Source: an uncultured Nitrososphaeraceae archaeon (GTDB taxonomy: Archaea > Thermoproteota > Nitrososphaeria > Nitrososphaerales > Nitrososphaeraceae). From it: a stretch of DNA of 64,000 bases. Below, piece after piece: positions 31,403-43,094 of this stretch. The notes under the pieces are model-generated. The model saw only the letters and a list, made by a program, of their open reading frames with translations. It was not told the DNA's origin and did no database searches. The translations under genes were made by a program, and so were the position numbers. Numbering within the stretch: the stretch's first letter is position 1; each line of letters opens with the position of its first letter. The stretch covers positions 1-64,000 of the forward strand of contig CAWGVG010000027.1 in assembly GCA_963825865.1 (NCBI GenBank). Direction: 5' to 3'.

Positions 31403-32462
31403 TCATTTATGGTACAATAGTTGGAGATTTTTCTCAAATGGTGGTTTTAGCACACCTTTTTCAGTGATGATACCTGCAATCAATTCGGGGGGGGTCATAT
31501 CAAATGCAGGATTGAAGATTCGAACTCCTCTTGGTACAATCCTCTTCCTTCCTATCTTTACAACTTCATCTATTGAGCGTTCCTCAATTACAACATCTTC
31601 GGGGGCGCTTTCAAAATCAAACGTAGAAAGTGGAGCTGCTACGTAGAATGGAATTTTATGTATGTTTGCCATAATTGCTACCTGATAAGTTCCAATCTTA
31701 TTGAAAACATGACCAGTACGCAGAACTCTGTCTGCACCAACTATTACACGCTTTATTACTTTCTTAGACATCATGTACCCCACAGCAGTATCTGGGATCA
31801 AACTTACGTCTATATCATCATGATGTAATTCAAATGTCGTCAATCTTGAGCCCTGCATCACCGGACGAGTTTCGGTTACTATGACACTTAGACGCTTACC
31901 ATTTTCTTTGGCTGTTCGTATTACTCCTAACGCCGTACCGTATGCGAGCCGTTGCTAAGGAACCAGCATTGCAGTGAGTCATAATTACATCGCCATCTTC
32001 GAATAATTTGGCGCCATTCATGCCTATTTGTTTGTTAATTTCGATATCTTCTTTAGCCATTTTTAGAGCTTCATCTAGGATTGCGTTTTTTACTTCGTCA
32101 ACACTTTTCCTTCCCCTTGACTTTTCCATTACGCGTCTTAGTGCCCAAAAGAGATTGATTGCAGTAGGACGTGTAGATTGTAAGACTTTAAAGGCTATAT
32201 CAAGATCAGCCATTAATTCATTAAGAGTTTTCGAGTTGCTCTGGATGGCAGCAAGTGCAAGTCCAAAAGCAGCTGTAACACCAATTGCAGGAGCACCCCT
32301 CACTACCAGGTTTTTTATTGCATTGGCAACTTCTTTATAGTCTCTACATTTAACATAAACGAGTTTATTTGGTAATCTAGTTTGATCAATCATTACGACT
32401 GAGTCATTTTTCCAAGCAACAGTTAGCAAAAGATCAAGACTGTTGTTGTAATTATGAGACAC
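31403..32462 (-). CDS. mtnA: Methylthioribose-1-phosphate isomerase (+1 indel near 31946)
   Basis: DQTRLP, VVRGAPAIG, TRPTAINL, THCNAGSLAT, ETRP.MQGSRLT, GADR, NKIGTY and NPAFD.TP. Confidence 0.92.
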
Positions 32463-32664
32463 ATTAATCGATAGAAATTCTTTTATGGAGTATATTAAAT
32501 CTAACTAGTAAATTAGGAGATTTCATATAAAATACATTATTTTAGAACACTCTGGAATTATTATTTATGACCATGTGCAAATTTTTCAGAAATCCACACT
32601 ATAATTTAATTATCTCAAGTTAATGATATTAGCATAAAATTCGTATTTTACTGTGTATTATATA

Positions 32665-34127
32665 TTATAATTGATATCTTTTATCTTGGTTGTTATGGGA
32701 AATATTCAGTGTTGTTGTTTTATTTTTATCGCCTATGCCAATAGCAGCAAATCTGGTATAATCGAATTTTGATCTATCCAGCATTCCCCGACCATCATAA
32801 ACCGGGGCTCCTATTTTATCAGATGTCAAAGTCACTGTATTCAGGATAATCTGCAACAAGCATGACCAAGTCTGCATCCTTTAAAGCTTCATTCAAATTT
32901 GTAGTGAGAGTAACATTTTTTTCTTTTAGTAAAAAAGGATCACTCTTTACTAGAGGATCATGAATACGAATTTCCTTTACTTTCAATTTCTGAAATTCTT
33001 CAATTACCTTGTAAGTAGGTGAAAGACGTGTATCTGAAACCCCTCCCCTAAAAGCAAGACCAAGTAAAGTGATAATAGATTCTGCAACGTTTTTTCCTCC
33101 ATACAACAGCTTTATAGCCTGCTGTACAGAGTAACTGGGCATGGAATTGTTAATGTTTCTACTCAATCTAGTAATATTGCAATCAATTTTAGTTCTGTCA
33201 GCAGTGTCGAGTATAAATTGAGGATATGTAGGTATGCAGGCACCCCCAACACCTACTCCAGCTTTATGGATGTGGCAGAATGGTTGAGAATTTGCTGCCT
33301 TCCCGTGCTTCCCAAAAGTCAACACCCACTTGTTCACAGAACTTTGCAAGTTCGTTTGCTAGAGCAATATTTGCATCACGATACACGCCTTCGAGTAGCT
33401 TTTCCGTTTCTGCAGTTCTTATATTACTAATAGCCATAACACCTTTCTTAAATACCAGGGAGTAGAGTTTAACACCCATTTCTACACTTTTAGGACCTGC
33501 ACCAGACATTATAGCTGGATATCTCTCCTCTATGTCTTCTATTGCCCTGCCTTCATAGATTCTTTCAGGATTATATAGCATATAGAAGTCGGTTTCGCTT
33601 TTAAGTCCTCTTTCTTTCTCGATAATTGGTAATATAATATCTTCAGTTGTTCCTAGTGGAACACTAGAGTTAAGAGCAACTACATCACCCTCTTTCAATC
33701 CTTTACCGATAGCTTCAGCCACCTTTTTGACTGATGCCAAATCAGCAGAACCATTATCTGCCAATACAGGGACACAAATCATTTTAAAATACGAATCGTG
33801 CGACGCTTTCACCATGTCTTCATATACCTCAAAGCGCCTCTTCGCTAGACCTTTTGTAAATGCTTCATTTACACCAGGTTCCGGAACGTGAGTCCTGCCT
33901 CTCTTTGCGTTTTCTAATACCTTTAGCGATTTATCGACTCCTATAACATGCGCTCCTGCTCGAAGCCATACCGAGGCTATAGAAGAGCCAACATGTCCTA
34001 AACCGTATACTGCAATTTTAAATTCGCCGGATTTTATTTTCTTTATAATATCTGAACTTTGATTATCCATAGAAAAATAAGATGAAGATGAAAGTGATGA
34101 CCCAACACCACCTCTAGCCTCTTTCAT
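32665..34127 (-). CDS. Nucleotide-sugar dehydrogenase (WecC/UDP-ManNAc DH-like), two indels
   Basis: VYGLGHVG, PERIYEG, AETEKLLEGVYRD.NIALANE, GVGGACIP and LGLAFRGGVSDTRLSP. Confidence 0.88.
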
Positions 34128-34580
34128 AGCAAATCGTTATTATTCAACTTGTTTATATGTTATTGTATATTCCTTCTACATTTGGTTTTACATATACTGT
34201 GCTTTCAAAGAACATAATGTGCGTTTTAGTGACATCATAAACAGACCAATGTATAAGAATGTGTATTATGATATTCGATCTAACTAAGAATGTCGTGAAA
34301 AGCGTCTGTATCCAAGATAGTGACTTTAAATGAGAAAAGACTAAGAACAATGTCTGTAAACATTTTCTTAATTATGGAAAGTTCTTTCTTCTTAAGACAG
34401 ATAAATGTACAAAAGAAAAGATGTTAAGTTCAACTTCGAAATTATCATTTATTGTTTGCATAAAGTCGAGGTACAATATTTTACTTGTTCGTAGAACCGA
34501 GTACATTTTGGACTGTATTAATATTTGCAAATTGCTTTTAGTAAGCGTCTTCGTAGTCTATTTGTTATAATAAATTTATG

Positions 34581-35330
34581 TCATACAACCCCTACGGTTA
34601 ATCTATGAGTTTTTTCTCTTTCTGTTATTACTAGACTTTTTCGTAAGAGTGAAATTAATAACATTACCTCTTTCGAGGTAGGTATTCCTTTTGCCAATAT
34701 CCTTTTAACAGCCGAATTTAACATAGGTTGCTTGTGTTTATCATAGCCGAAGCGATCAGCAACTTTGTTTACGTAATTAATCAATAGATCAATTTCTTGC
34801 CTTGTAGCCAACTCTTTATTCCTCTTGTTTTTCTTTATAGGAATTTCTGGTCGAATTTTTGAAATCTCATATAATAGTATTGCCAGTGCATGTGATATAT
34901 TCATTGTTTTATATTCGCTCTTTGTATCAATTACAACAACCAGGTCACACATTTCTAATTCTTTATTGTTCAGACCAGACGTTTCTCTTCCAATAACAAG
35001 ACAAAAATCCTTTTCACTTTCTGTCTCCTTTATTATTTCTGAAAGTTGAACAGCATTAATGGAACTTCTGAGAACATTTAATCTACTATATGCAGAAAGA
35101 GCAGTTGTTCCGACTAAGACGTCAAATGTCTTTCTTAACTGTTTCAATGTCACTATCTTTGCAGACGCTAAAATGTCTTTGCCATGAGTAGAGAATCTAA
35201 CTGCCTCTTCTTCGTTAAAATGAGGATTAGTAATATACATTTGTTCAAAACCAAAATTTTTCATTAGCCTTGCTACATAACCTACGTTTACTTGGTACTG
35301 TGGTTCGATAAATGCCACTGCGATGACCAT
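34581..35330 (-). CDS. trmJ: TrmJ-family SPOUT RNA methyltransferase
   Basis: EPQYQVNVGYVARLMKNFG, GTTA, GRETSGLNNKEL..CD and MNISHA. Confidence 0.88.
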   Translation of the reverse strand: MVIAVAFIEPQYQVNVGYVARLMKNFGFEQMYITNPHFNEEEAVRFSTHGKDILASAKIVTLKQLRKTFDVLVGTTALSAYSRLNVLRSSINAVQLSEIIKETESEKDFCLVIGRETSGLNNKELEMCDLVVVIDTKSEYKTMNISHALAILLYEISKIRPEIPIKKNKRNKELATRQEIDLLINYVNKVADRFGYDKHKQPMLNSAVKRILAKGIPTSKEVMLLISLLRKSLVITEREKTHRLTVGVV

Positions 35331-35527
35331 ATCTAATATATGCCTTCAATAAAAGATAGCTCAATTTAGGTTTAGAGTTCGATAAAGTCTATACAATAAA
35401 CGTCAAAAGAAAACGATCTACTTTAAAATAAAAATTCAATTTATTTAGACTACAAGGATAGATATTGTGGTTATATGTCTTTTCACAAATTATCTGTATG
35501 CTTATAGGTCCTATATCCAAATTAAAT

Positions 35528-35740
35528 CTATAAGCTCCTCTTTATTGTATAAAGAATAAAAGCACATTCTTCACAGAAATAGTACAAACTATAAAAATCA
35601 GATCGTAACGTCATCGTGTCGTAACATCGTGGGCATTCGATTTCATGTTCTATGTCTGTAGCTATTTCTTGTCTTTGTTGTTCTTCAATCTGAGGAGAGT
35701 TTTCTGTCTTAACGCTTGTCTCTAATTCTGTGTCAGCCAT
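35528..35740 (-). CDS. Small zinc-ribbon protein
   Basis: ECPRCYD ... YFCEECAF. Confidence 0.65.
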   Translation of the reverse strand: MADTELETSVKTENSPQIEEQQRQEIATDIEHEIECPRCYDTMTLRSDFYSLYYFCEECAFILYTIKRSL

Positions 35741-36659
35741 GTATATCAGCTAATGGGTAATTCTATATTTAATACCTGAAACACCACTGAGAGAGGGAGT
35801 CACCTTGTATTCTTTATGTTATGCAGTATAAAATTTGCTTTCGTTGGCTGTTTGGTCCATAGTTTACAACAGATTTTGGTTATGTAATACTCCCTTGTTT
35901 GTATGTGGCTGTCTATGGGAAAGATGATTATCGATATAGATAGCAACCCACGTTGATAAATTAAACTTCTACTGGATCAATTAAATATGATTCGTCATGT
36001 TAATTTTATTTATTGGTTACTTTTTTTGACTGTTTTCCAATAGAATTTGGGTCTTGTCCTGCAACACAAATGTAATAATCCTGTCTATAAATCTACATCC
36101 TATACATCTGCTCTTTTACATGATTTAGCCAAAGCTGCGTTGTAATATGACTACAAACAACAATTTGTACTACCTTTACTGGAAATATGACAAAATAATA
36201 ATATCAATAAGCAACCCAAAAAATCCTATTTTCATTTTTAATACTTTTCCTTCAACATATAATTGCATCTATGGCACGCAGTATAATTATTGCCATCTAG
36301 ATGATTGAAATGTATACCGAAATATGATCACATATGATCATCTCATCAAAGCCATCTGGAGCAACAAAGCTAAAGCTTTCCAGCTGGTGATGTCTGCATT
36401 TAATACAACGGCAACCACCTCTCATTCAATTTTTTTGTAATTAATCATAATATACGTTTTTACTTCAAAGCTTGGCGCGAGATGATACACTTAATGAGTT
36501 CTTTATGATATATTTTCCGTAAGAGTTGCTGCTTTGCCATTACTGTAATTATTGCTATAAACCATTGTCGTTATTAATGGTAATAGTAGTTGAAGAGCTC
36601 GATGAACCATACTTGACTTTTTTCTATTCAAAAAAATTTACATTTAATCTATTTTGAAT

Positions 36660-37085
36660 TTAAAATTGCGGATTGTCATTATTTTTCTTTATTACTGTCC
36701 CTTTCAGCTTTTGTATATGGTAGGCTATTCTATCTATCACATCCAACATTTTAGCATTAAATTTTAGGTCATCTTCGTGTTTCCATTTGCCATAAATGCG
36801 AATGTGATCATCAACTGGATCAATTCTAATTTCACCTTCTTGTGGTAAAATTGCTTTTAGCATTTCCTTCAATTCTTTGTCTGCTTGCAAGATTTCAGCT
36901 AATCTTCCACTGCCCCACCACCTTACATCAACTACTCTTTTATTTCTAAAATAACCTTTACTAATGGGTTCGCATTTTGCCAGAAACATCTCAGAGTTTG
37001 AAATGACAGTGCCTTCGATAATATAATGGATTTGATAATATTGTAATGCTCCATATGGTATTGGATCTGAGTCTTGTCGTGGCAT
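36660..37085 (-). CDS. Hypothetical protein
   Basis: 141-aa ORF with globular composition. Confidence 0.55.
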   Translation of the reverse strand: MPRQDSDPIPYGALQYYQIHYIIEGTVISNSEMFLAKCEPISKGYFRNKRVVDVRWWGSGRLAEILQADKELKEMLKAILPQEGEIRIDPVDDHIRIYGKWKHEDDLKFNAKMLDVIDRIAYHIQKLKGTVIKKNNDNPQF

Positions 37086-37621
37086 AATTATTAATCCCTC
37101 ATCTTTTGACTGTGCGAATGATTCTGATTCACATCAATCTTTAGAAGCATCATTTAATAAACAATACGATTTCATTATTCGAGGGCCATTATAAATCGCA
37201 ACTTCGTTGGCATTTAGGAAATCTATGTCTTTAAGAATAATAGATTCTATGATGTCCATTATGACCTTTATCTTAATTTGTTATTATCTATCTTAGTCTA
37301 TAGCATATATTGCGATGCATATAAAAACCATTGACCATTGAATTGCAAGTTATAAACTTGACTAGGGCTTTCCTATACTCACATCTATCTTATGTCTGCT
37401 CTTCAATACAGATATTTTAACAACAATAATTCATTATTTCATCATAGCAGACGATTTATTTTTATATGTTAGCAGAATGCCTAAGAATTAAGCGAGCGCT
37501 TATGGCACAGATTAACCAAAGACAAAAAACTGACTAATTGTTGATTATTCCTCTTTAATTAAATAATTAAAAAACCTTACCATTAAATTCATTAATACAG
37601 GACTAGGATAAACAGGTTGTA

Positions 37622-37801
37622 TTGAACACAGAATTGCGTTTCTGTGACAGCTGTATGACCAAAACAATGCATGAAGTAATCGAAGAAGATAATGCTATTT
37701 ATACATATAAACGTAAGAGACTCTATCGTTGTAAAACTTGTGGTCAAAAAAGCTATAGGCGCGGCTTGCGTCCTAGTGCGGAATCTGTTTTCTTGATATA
37801 A
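37622..37801 (+). CDS. Small zinc-ribbon protein, 59 aa, not in ORF track
   Basis: Manual translation (TTG start) LNTELRFCDSCMTKTMHEV...RLYRCKTCGQKSYRRG...; lies directly upstream of the methyltransferase. Confidence 0.55.
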   Translation: MNTELRFCDSCMTKTMHEVIEEDNAIYTYKRKRLYRCKTCGQKSYRRGLRPSAESVFLI

Positions 37802-37818
37802 TATGGATGTAATGAGAA

Positions 37819-38643
37819 ATGGAAGATTCAATTTCACAAGCTATTGTAAAGTTAAAAAATGAGTTTATAAAAAACCACAAAGCAAGAAGCTTCATATATG
37901 AGATTATCCCCTTGTCATATTCTATTAAATTACCTATTGAAAACCACATATTGTCTAGACTAAACGATTTTGCAAAAAGTAATTCTATCTATTTCAAATC
38001 AACTGATGTACACATATTTGATATACCATGTAAATCTTATGATGGTGATATCAATGATTACTGGTTAAGTAGCAAAAAATATGATACAAATTATCAGCCA
38101 TTCTATCCCACGTGGATATTATCTGCATACGTATTATCGTTAGTGGCTAAAAGATTAGGGTTTAAGGAAATTGTAGATATTGGATCTGGGGATGGTAGGA
38201 TAGCCTACTGCAGTAAATTGTTAGGTATGAAGTCGGTTGGAATAGAAATTGATACCGATCTTGTTAGACTTCAGCATAGAATCTCCAATTTAACTAAAGT
38301 TGAATATGATATATTAAATGAAGATGCAACTAGTCTCGAATATAGTTCACTAAACCTTTCTAGACCAATGTTTTTTATTTCGGGTTTACCTGAGTGGGGT
38401 GAAATACTTGCAATCAACGTGCTTACCAAAATCAAGGAAATTGCCAAGTTAAAATATTCTGCAGGTTTTAATTTTATGGGAAGCCACGCTATGAAAGGCT
38501 ACTCAAGAGATAAGACAAAGTGGGGTTGGGGTAAAATTATTGAAGACTTTAATCTCGATATAATTGAATGCCTTACTCTACCAACTCATTGGACTAATGA
38601 TCAACAAATGGATACAGCGTATCTGTATGCAAGGTATAAGTGA
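37819..38643 (+). CDS. Class I SAM-dependent methyltransferase
   Basis: FYPT, IVDIGSGDGRIA, GIEID and EDA. Confidence 0.8.
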   Translation: MEDSISQAIVKLKNEFIKNHKARSFIYEIIPLSYSIKLPIENHILSRLNDFAKSNSIYFKSTDVHIFDIPCKSYDGDINDYWLSSKKYDTNYQPFYPTWILSAYVLSLVAKRLGFKEIVDIGSGDGRIAYCSKLLGMKSVGIEIDTDLVRLQHRISNLTKVEYDILNEDATSLEYSSLNLSRPMFFISGLPEWGEILAINVLTKIKEIAKLKYSAGFNFMGSHAMKGYSRDKTKWGWGKIIEDFNLDIIECLTLPTHWTNDQQMDTAYLYARYK

Positions 38644-38766
38644 ATTCTATATAGTCGTGAAATGAATAATATATCAGATTTCCATAAGGTTTTACGATCT
38701 ATGATAGAAACAACTGCGACTCTCTATAGTATTACTGTCCTTCAGTCGTAGCCTTCCATTGGCATA

Positions 38767-38792
38767 ATATATATATATATATATATATATAT
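38767..38792. repeat. (AT)13 microsatellite upstream of cdc6
   Basis: 26-bp perfect AT alternation. Confidence 0.9.
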
Positions 38793-39099
38793 TCTTAGAA
38801 TGTTGTTCTAGCAAGCCATATTCATCTTTTTTTCAATTTAGCTAGTGTATGCAGATTTGGCATTCTTGTTAAATAGTTAGACCAAGCGGATCTTGGCTTG
38901 AGTTTTTTAAAAAATTATAAATTATTGTTCCATTTGCCATATCTATAAAATTAATTATTATTACAACTATCTTTATGATGATCTTTTATAGCATTTCTAA
39001 AACTCATACTCACAAGATCAATTTATTTTAATGGCTTTTACTATAATTCATTAATCGATGGAGGATACTTAATATAATATCTTTGTTGATTTTATCATC

Positions 39100-40278
39100 T
39101 TGATGTCTGAAAGCGAAATATTCCGAGACAGATCAAAATTATCGCCTAGATACATACCAACCGATCTCCCACATCGTGAAAAACAAATTGAGCAAATTCA
39201 ACAAGCTTTCGAAGAATCCTACTCTAATCCAGATAAATTTCCATTAATGGTATTGCAAATTATTGGTCCAGCAGGTATCGGCAAGACATCTACTGTTCTC
39301 AAATTCTCTAGAATACTGGGGGAAGATTTCGCAAAGAGCAGACTAAAAATTAAAACGGCTTATGTGAATCTAAAGTTACAAGGTGGCAACAAATATGCAA
39401 TTTATAAATTCTTATTAGAACGGATTGCTCCTGAGCTACCTGCACAAGGTCTCAGCGCGGAAGAGATGTTGAGATATTTGTTGCGTTATCTGAGTGAAAA
39501 TAAGATATATGCATTGATTATTCTTGATGAAATTGATTATTTGATCAAGGTTACAAAAGATAGTGGGATCATATATGATCTTACACGCCTTAATGAGTTT
39601 GATCCTGACAAACCTGGTAATGTGAAGGGTGTGATATTTATTGCAAGGAGTATAGAGTTCTACAGCAAACTTGATCAAGCAGAGTTAAGTACGTTAGGCA
39701 GAGTTCCAATGGAATTTCCGATATATTCAATTAAACAAATCAGTGATATATTGATCAGCAGATGTTCTGAAGCATTCCATGCAAAAGCTATTGGATCGGA
39801 TGTCATTGATGAAGTATCAAAGATTACTACTTCCCCAACTGTCAACTGCGACATAAGATACGCACTTGATCTTCTTCTTTATGCAGGAAATCTTGCAGAA
39901 TCGCAAGGAACAGGGAGAGTACACCTAGATCAAATTCGAAAGGTCCATGGCCAAATTCATCCATCTATAACAACTGAAGAAATGGAAGAACTATCGAAAA
40001 ACCAGATTTTAACTCTAATAGCATTGGTTAGAGCGTTACGTCTCAAGAAAAAACAATATGTTGAACTTAAAGAAATTCGTTCTCATGCGTTAGAATTAAT
40101 TGAAGAATTTAAACTTAAAAAATTAGACATCGAAGATTACCTTCATGATCTACAGGTGAGAAAGATCATTGAAATTAGATCATTAAAGGAAATTGGAATA
40201 CAGGGGGCTTCTTTGCAAGAACTTGAACCAATGCTTCATAAACAAATCAAACATGATGTTAAAAATGATTACCGATAG
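39100..40278 (+). CDS. cdc6: Orc1/Cdc6 replication initiator
   Basis: LSPRYIP..LPHRE, Walker A GPAGIGKT, Walker B IILDEID and DIRYALDLL. Confidence 0.93.
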   Translation: MMSESEIFRDRSKLSPRYIPTDLPHREKQIEQIQQAFEESYSNPDKFPLMVLQIIGPAGIGKTSTVLKFSRILGEDFAKSRLKIKTAYVNLKLQGGNKYAIYKFLLERIAPELPAQGLSAEEMLRYLLRYLSENKIYALIILDEIDYLIKVTKDSGIIYDLTRLNEFDPDKPGNVKGVIFIARSIEFYSKLDQAELSTLGRVPMEFPIYSIKQISDILISRCSEAFHAKAIGSDVIDEVSKITTSPTVNCDIRYALDLLLYAGNLAESQGTGRVHLDQIRKVHGQIHPSITTEEMEELSKNQILTLIALVRALRLKKKQYVELKEIRSHALELIEEFKLKKLDIEDYLHDLQVRKIIEIRSLKEIGIQGASLQELEPMLHKQIKHDVKNDYR

Positions 40279-40567
40279 AGAAATGACCAGTAAAGATATA
40301 GTAGAGATTGGTCTAGGTAGCATAGGCAAAGTCAAGATAATGAAAGCTTTAGCAGAAGAATGCAAGATGGTTACTGTCTATACACTTCATAAAAAAACTC
40401 GTCTGAAGAGAGAAGATATTAAACGCAATCTGGATGATCTAATAAAAATAGGCTGGGTAAGTGAGAGTAAGCTTGCTAATATGATGTACAGTATAAATAG
40501 AGAGAATGAATATGTAAATCACTTGACGGAATTTTTTGCTGATGTCGGATACATTGGTAAGTTATAA
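40265..40567 (+). CDS. Small winged-helix protein overlapping the cdc6 3' end
   Basis: GS.GKVKIMKAL...TVYTLHKKTRLKREDIKRNLDDL.KIGWV wHTH pattern. Confidence 0.7.
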   Translation: MITDREMTSKDIVEIGLGSIGKVKIMKALAEECKMVTVYTLHKKTRLKREDIKRNLDDLIKIGWVSESKLANMMYSINRENEYVNHLTEFFADVGYIGKL

Positions 40568-40678
40568 ACGTTAATTTACATTAATCTTTATTATAAGAAA
40601 ACTTTATTTATTATAATATACTTCTTAACGTTTTACAAAGTATGTATATACTATATGAGCGGATGATAGAAGGAAACA

Positions 40679-41137
40679 TTAATCTGATTTACTCGGGTTT
40701 AGGAAGGATTGAATGTTATTCAACTTTCTAACCATAGAAGTTAATGTACCTGTCTTCTCTGTTACCATCATTTTGGACGCAACATAATTCTTTGTATAGT
40801 AGATCAACTCAGCCATTTCTATTAACTCTCCTGTTGAAACCCGGTAAGCATGCTCTTGAAGATCCAAATCTTTTACTAGATCTACAAATATATGTTCGGT
40901 CATTCCTTGCTTTTTCGTCCTATCTAGGAGGAAAGAGAATATTCTATCTGCGTGGTAGTTTATATGAATTTCTTTTGCTTCTTCCAACTCTACTCCGTAG
41001 ATATTAGATATTTTGATATTAATTCTCCTTTCATCGTCTCTTGAAATACTCCTGTGTGTCATGTCTATAGCTAATTTGCCTCTTAACTTTGAAGGTTCAG
41101 CATTTGGATAATTATTACTATTATTTGAATTTTGCAT
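40679..41137 (-). CDS. Hypothetical protein
   Basis: 152-aa ORF. Confidence 0.6.
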   Translation of the reverse strand: MQNSNNSNNYPNAEPSKLRGKLAIDMTHRSISRDDERRINIKISNIYGVELEEAKEIHINYHADRIFSFLLDRTKKQGMTEHIFVDLVKDLDLQEHAYRVSTGELIEMAELIYYTKNYVASKMMVTEKTGTLTSMVRKLNNIQSFLNPSKSD

Positions 41138-41437
41138 TTATGTTAAGATCAAATAACTTATTTGTATTTTTTTCTTATTAAGTTATCTTCTTTTGCTATT
41201 TTGACAATCTACCCTCTCCTAGTTTTCATTGCTTATTTGAAATAGATGTCTACAACAGGGATTGTGCTTGACATCTGTGTATTTATGTGAACTAAAGTAG
41301 TAAGGTCATGTTAGTTTCAGTGGAGGGGATTTGTTGAAAGGTTTTTTCAATCTTTATATGTGTGGTCCAAAAAAATACGATTTATTTGAAATATTATATT
41401 AAAAAAGAAATAAAAAGGTGATCAATTAAAATCTAAT

Positions 41438-43094
41438 ATGCAGTTCAAGGCTAACATAGAACATAATAATAAACCAAAATTTATTTTTATCACAGGTGGT
41501 GTTATGTCGGGGCTCGGTAAAGGAGTAATAACTTCATCTACAGCTAAATTATTACAATTAGCAGGTCTGAAGGTTTCTTGTATTAAGATTGATCCTTATG
41601 TGAATTATGATGCTGGAACAATGAATCCTATTACACATGGCGAAGTTTTCGTGACTGATGATGGCGGTGAATGCGATATGGATATTGGAAATTATGAACG
41701 TTTTCTTGATATTGCCATGACAAAAGACCATAATATTACAACTGGAAGAGTGTATTCAGATGTAATTCATGCTGAGAGAGAAGGAAAATATCTTGGCCAA
41801 TGCGTTCAGATCATTCCACATGTTACAGATGCTATAAAAAATCGGTTACGAAAAATTGCCAATAGTGAGGTGTTAGATGTCATGGTTGTAGAATGCGGTG
41901 GTACTGTAGGTGATATAGAAAGTCTTCCATTCCTTGAAGCATTAAGGCAAATGGAACTTGAAGATGGCCGTTCTAATACATTGTTTATTCACGTTACCCT
42001 TGCACCTGTATTGGATGTCGTGGGTGAACAAAAGACAAAGCCAACCCAGCATAGCGTCCAAGAACTCAGGAGGATTGGAATTCAACCTGATATCTTAGCT
42101 GTTAGGTGCAAAACACCTCTTACTTCAGATGCTATGCATAAAATTTCACTATTTGCAAGTGTAGAAGAAAAATGTGTTATTTCATGTCACGATGCGCCTT
42201 CTATTTATAAGGTTCCAGAAGTTTTAGAAAGTCAAGGAATGCTCAAGGTTATTTCTGAAAATTTGTTATTAGAGAATTGTTCTCCACAATGGACTAATTG
42301 GAAATCAATCGCAAAATCGTTCTATGAGTATAATGGCCTAGTAAAAATTGCAGTAGTAGGAAAATATGTTACCCTTCCCGATAGTTATGTCAGTGTGTAT
42401 CATGCTCTTTCACATGCCGGTGCAAATATTGGGAAAAAAGTGGAAATTGAGTGGATTGATTCAGAAGAATTCGAGAAGAATGGAGGAGGAGCAAAGAATC
42501 TTGCCTTTCTTAGGAAATTTGACGGTGTATTGGCCCCTGGTGGATTTGGAAAAAGGGGAAGTGAGGGAATAATAAATGTAGCCAATTTCACCCGAGTAGA
42601 AAATATTCCATATTTAGGAATATGTTTTGGATTCCAGCTAGCGATTATAGCATTTGCCAGAGATAGTTGTAATCTAGCATGTGCCAGTTCTACTGAGCTT
42701 GATCCAAATACAAATGATCCTGTAGTAGTATTTATGCCTGAACAGAAAACAGCCCATGATATGGGTGGAACGATGCGGCTTGGTATGCACGAAATTACAA
42801 TTATTCCTAATACAAACGTCAGCAAAAGTATATGAGGGAATAAATGTAATGCATAGAAGACATAGGCACCGATATGAATTTAATCAGGACTATCGCAAGA
42901 TTATAGAAAAATATGGCATGGTTTTATCGGGTTATTCTGATAAAGGCAAGCGAATAGAAATGTTAGAGATTCAAAATCACAACTTCTACTTTGCCGTACA
43001 ATATCATTCTGAATTTAATAGTAGGCCGGGTAAACCGGAACAGGCATTTGATGCCTTTGTAAAGGCTGCTGCTAATTTGTCTTTTAAATCCTGA
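41438..43094 (+). CDS. pyrG: CTP synthase (+1 indel near 42819)
   Basis: [46 protein letters not shown] and QYHSEF. Confidence 0.96.

Noticed and set aside
35750-36650. Cys-rich fragments on the minus strand
   Set aside because: Broken by many stops, and no coherent protein could be reconstructed.
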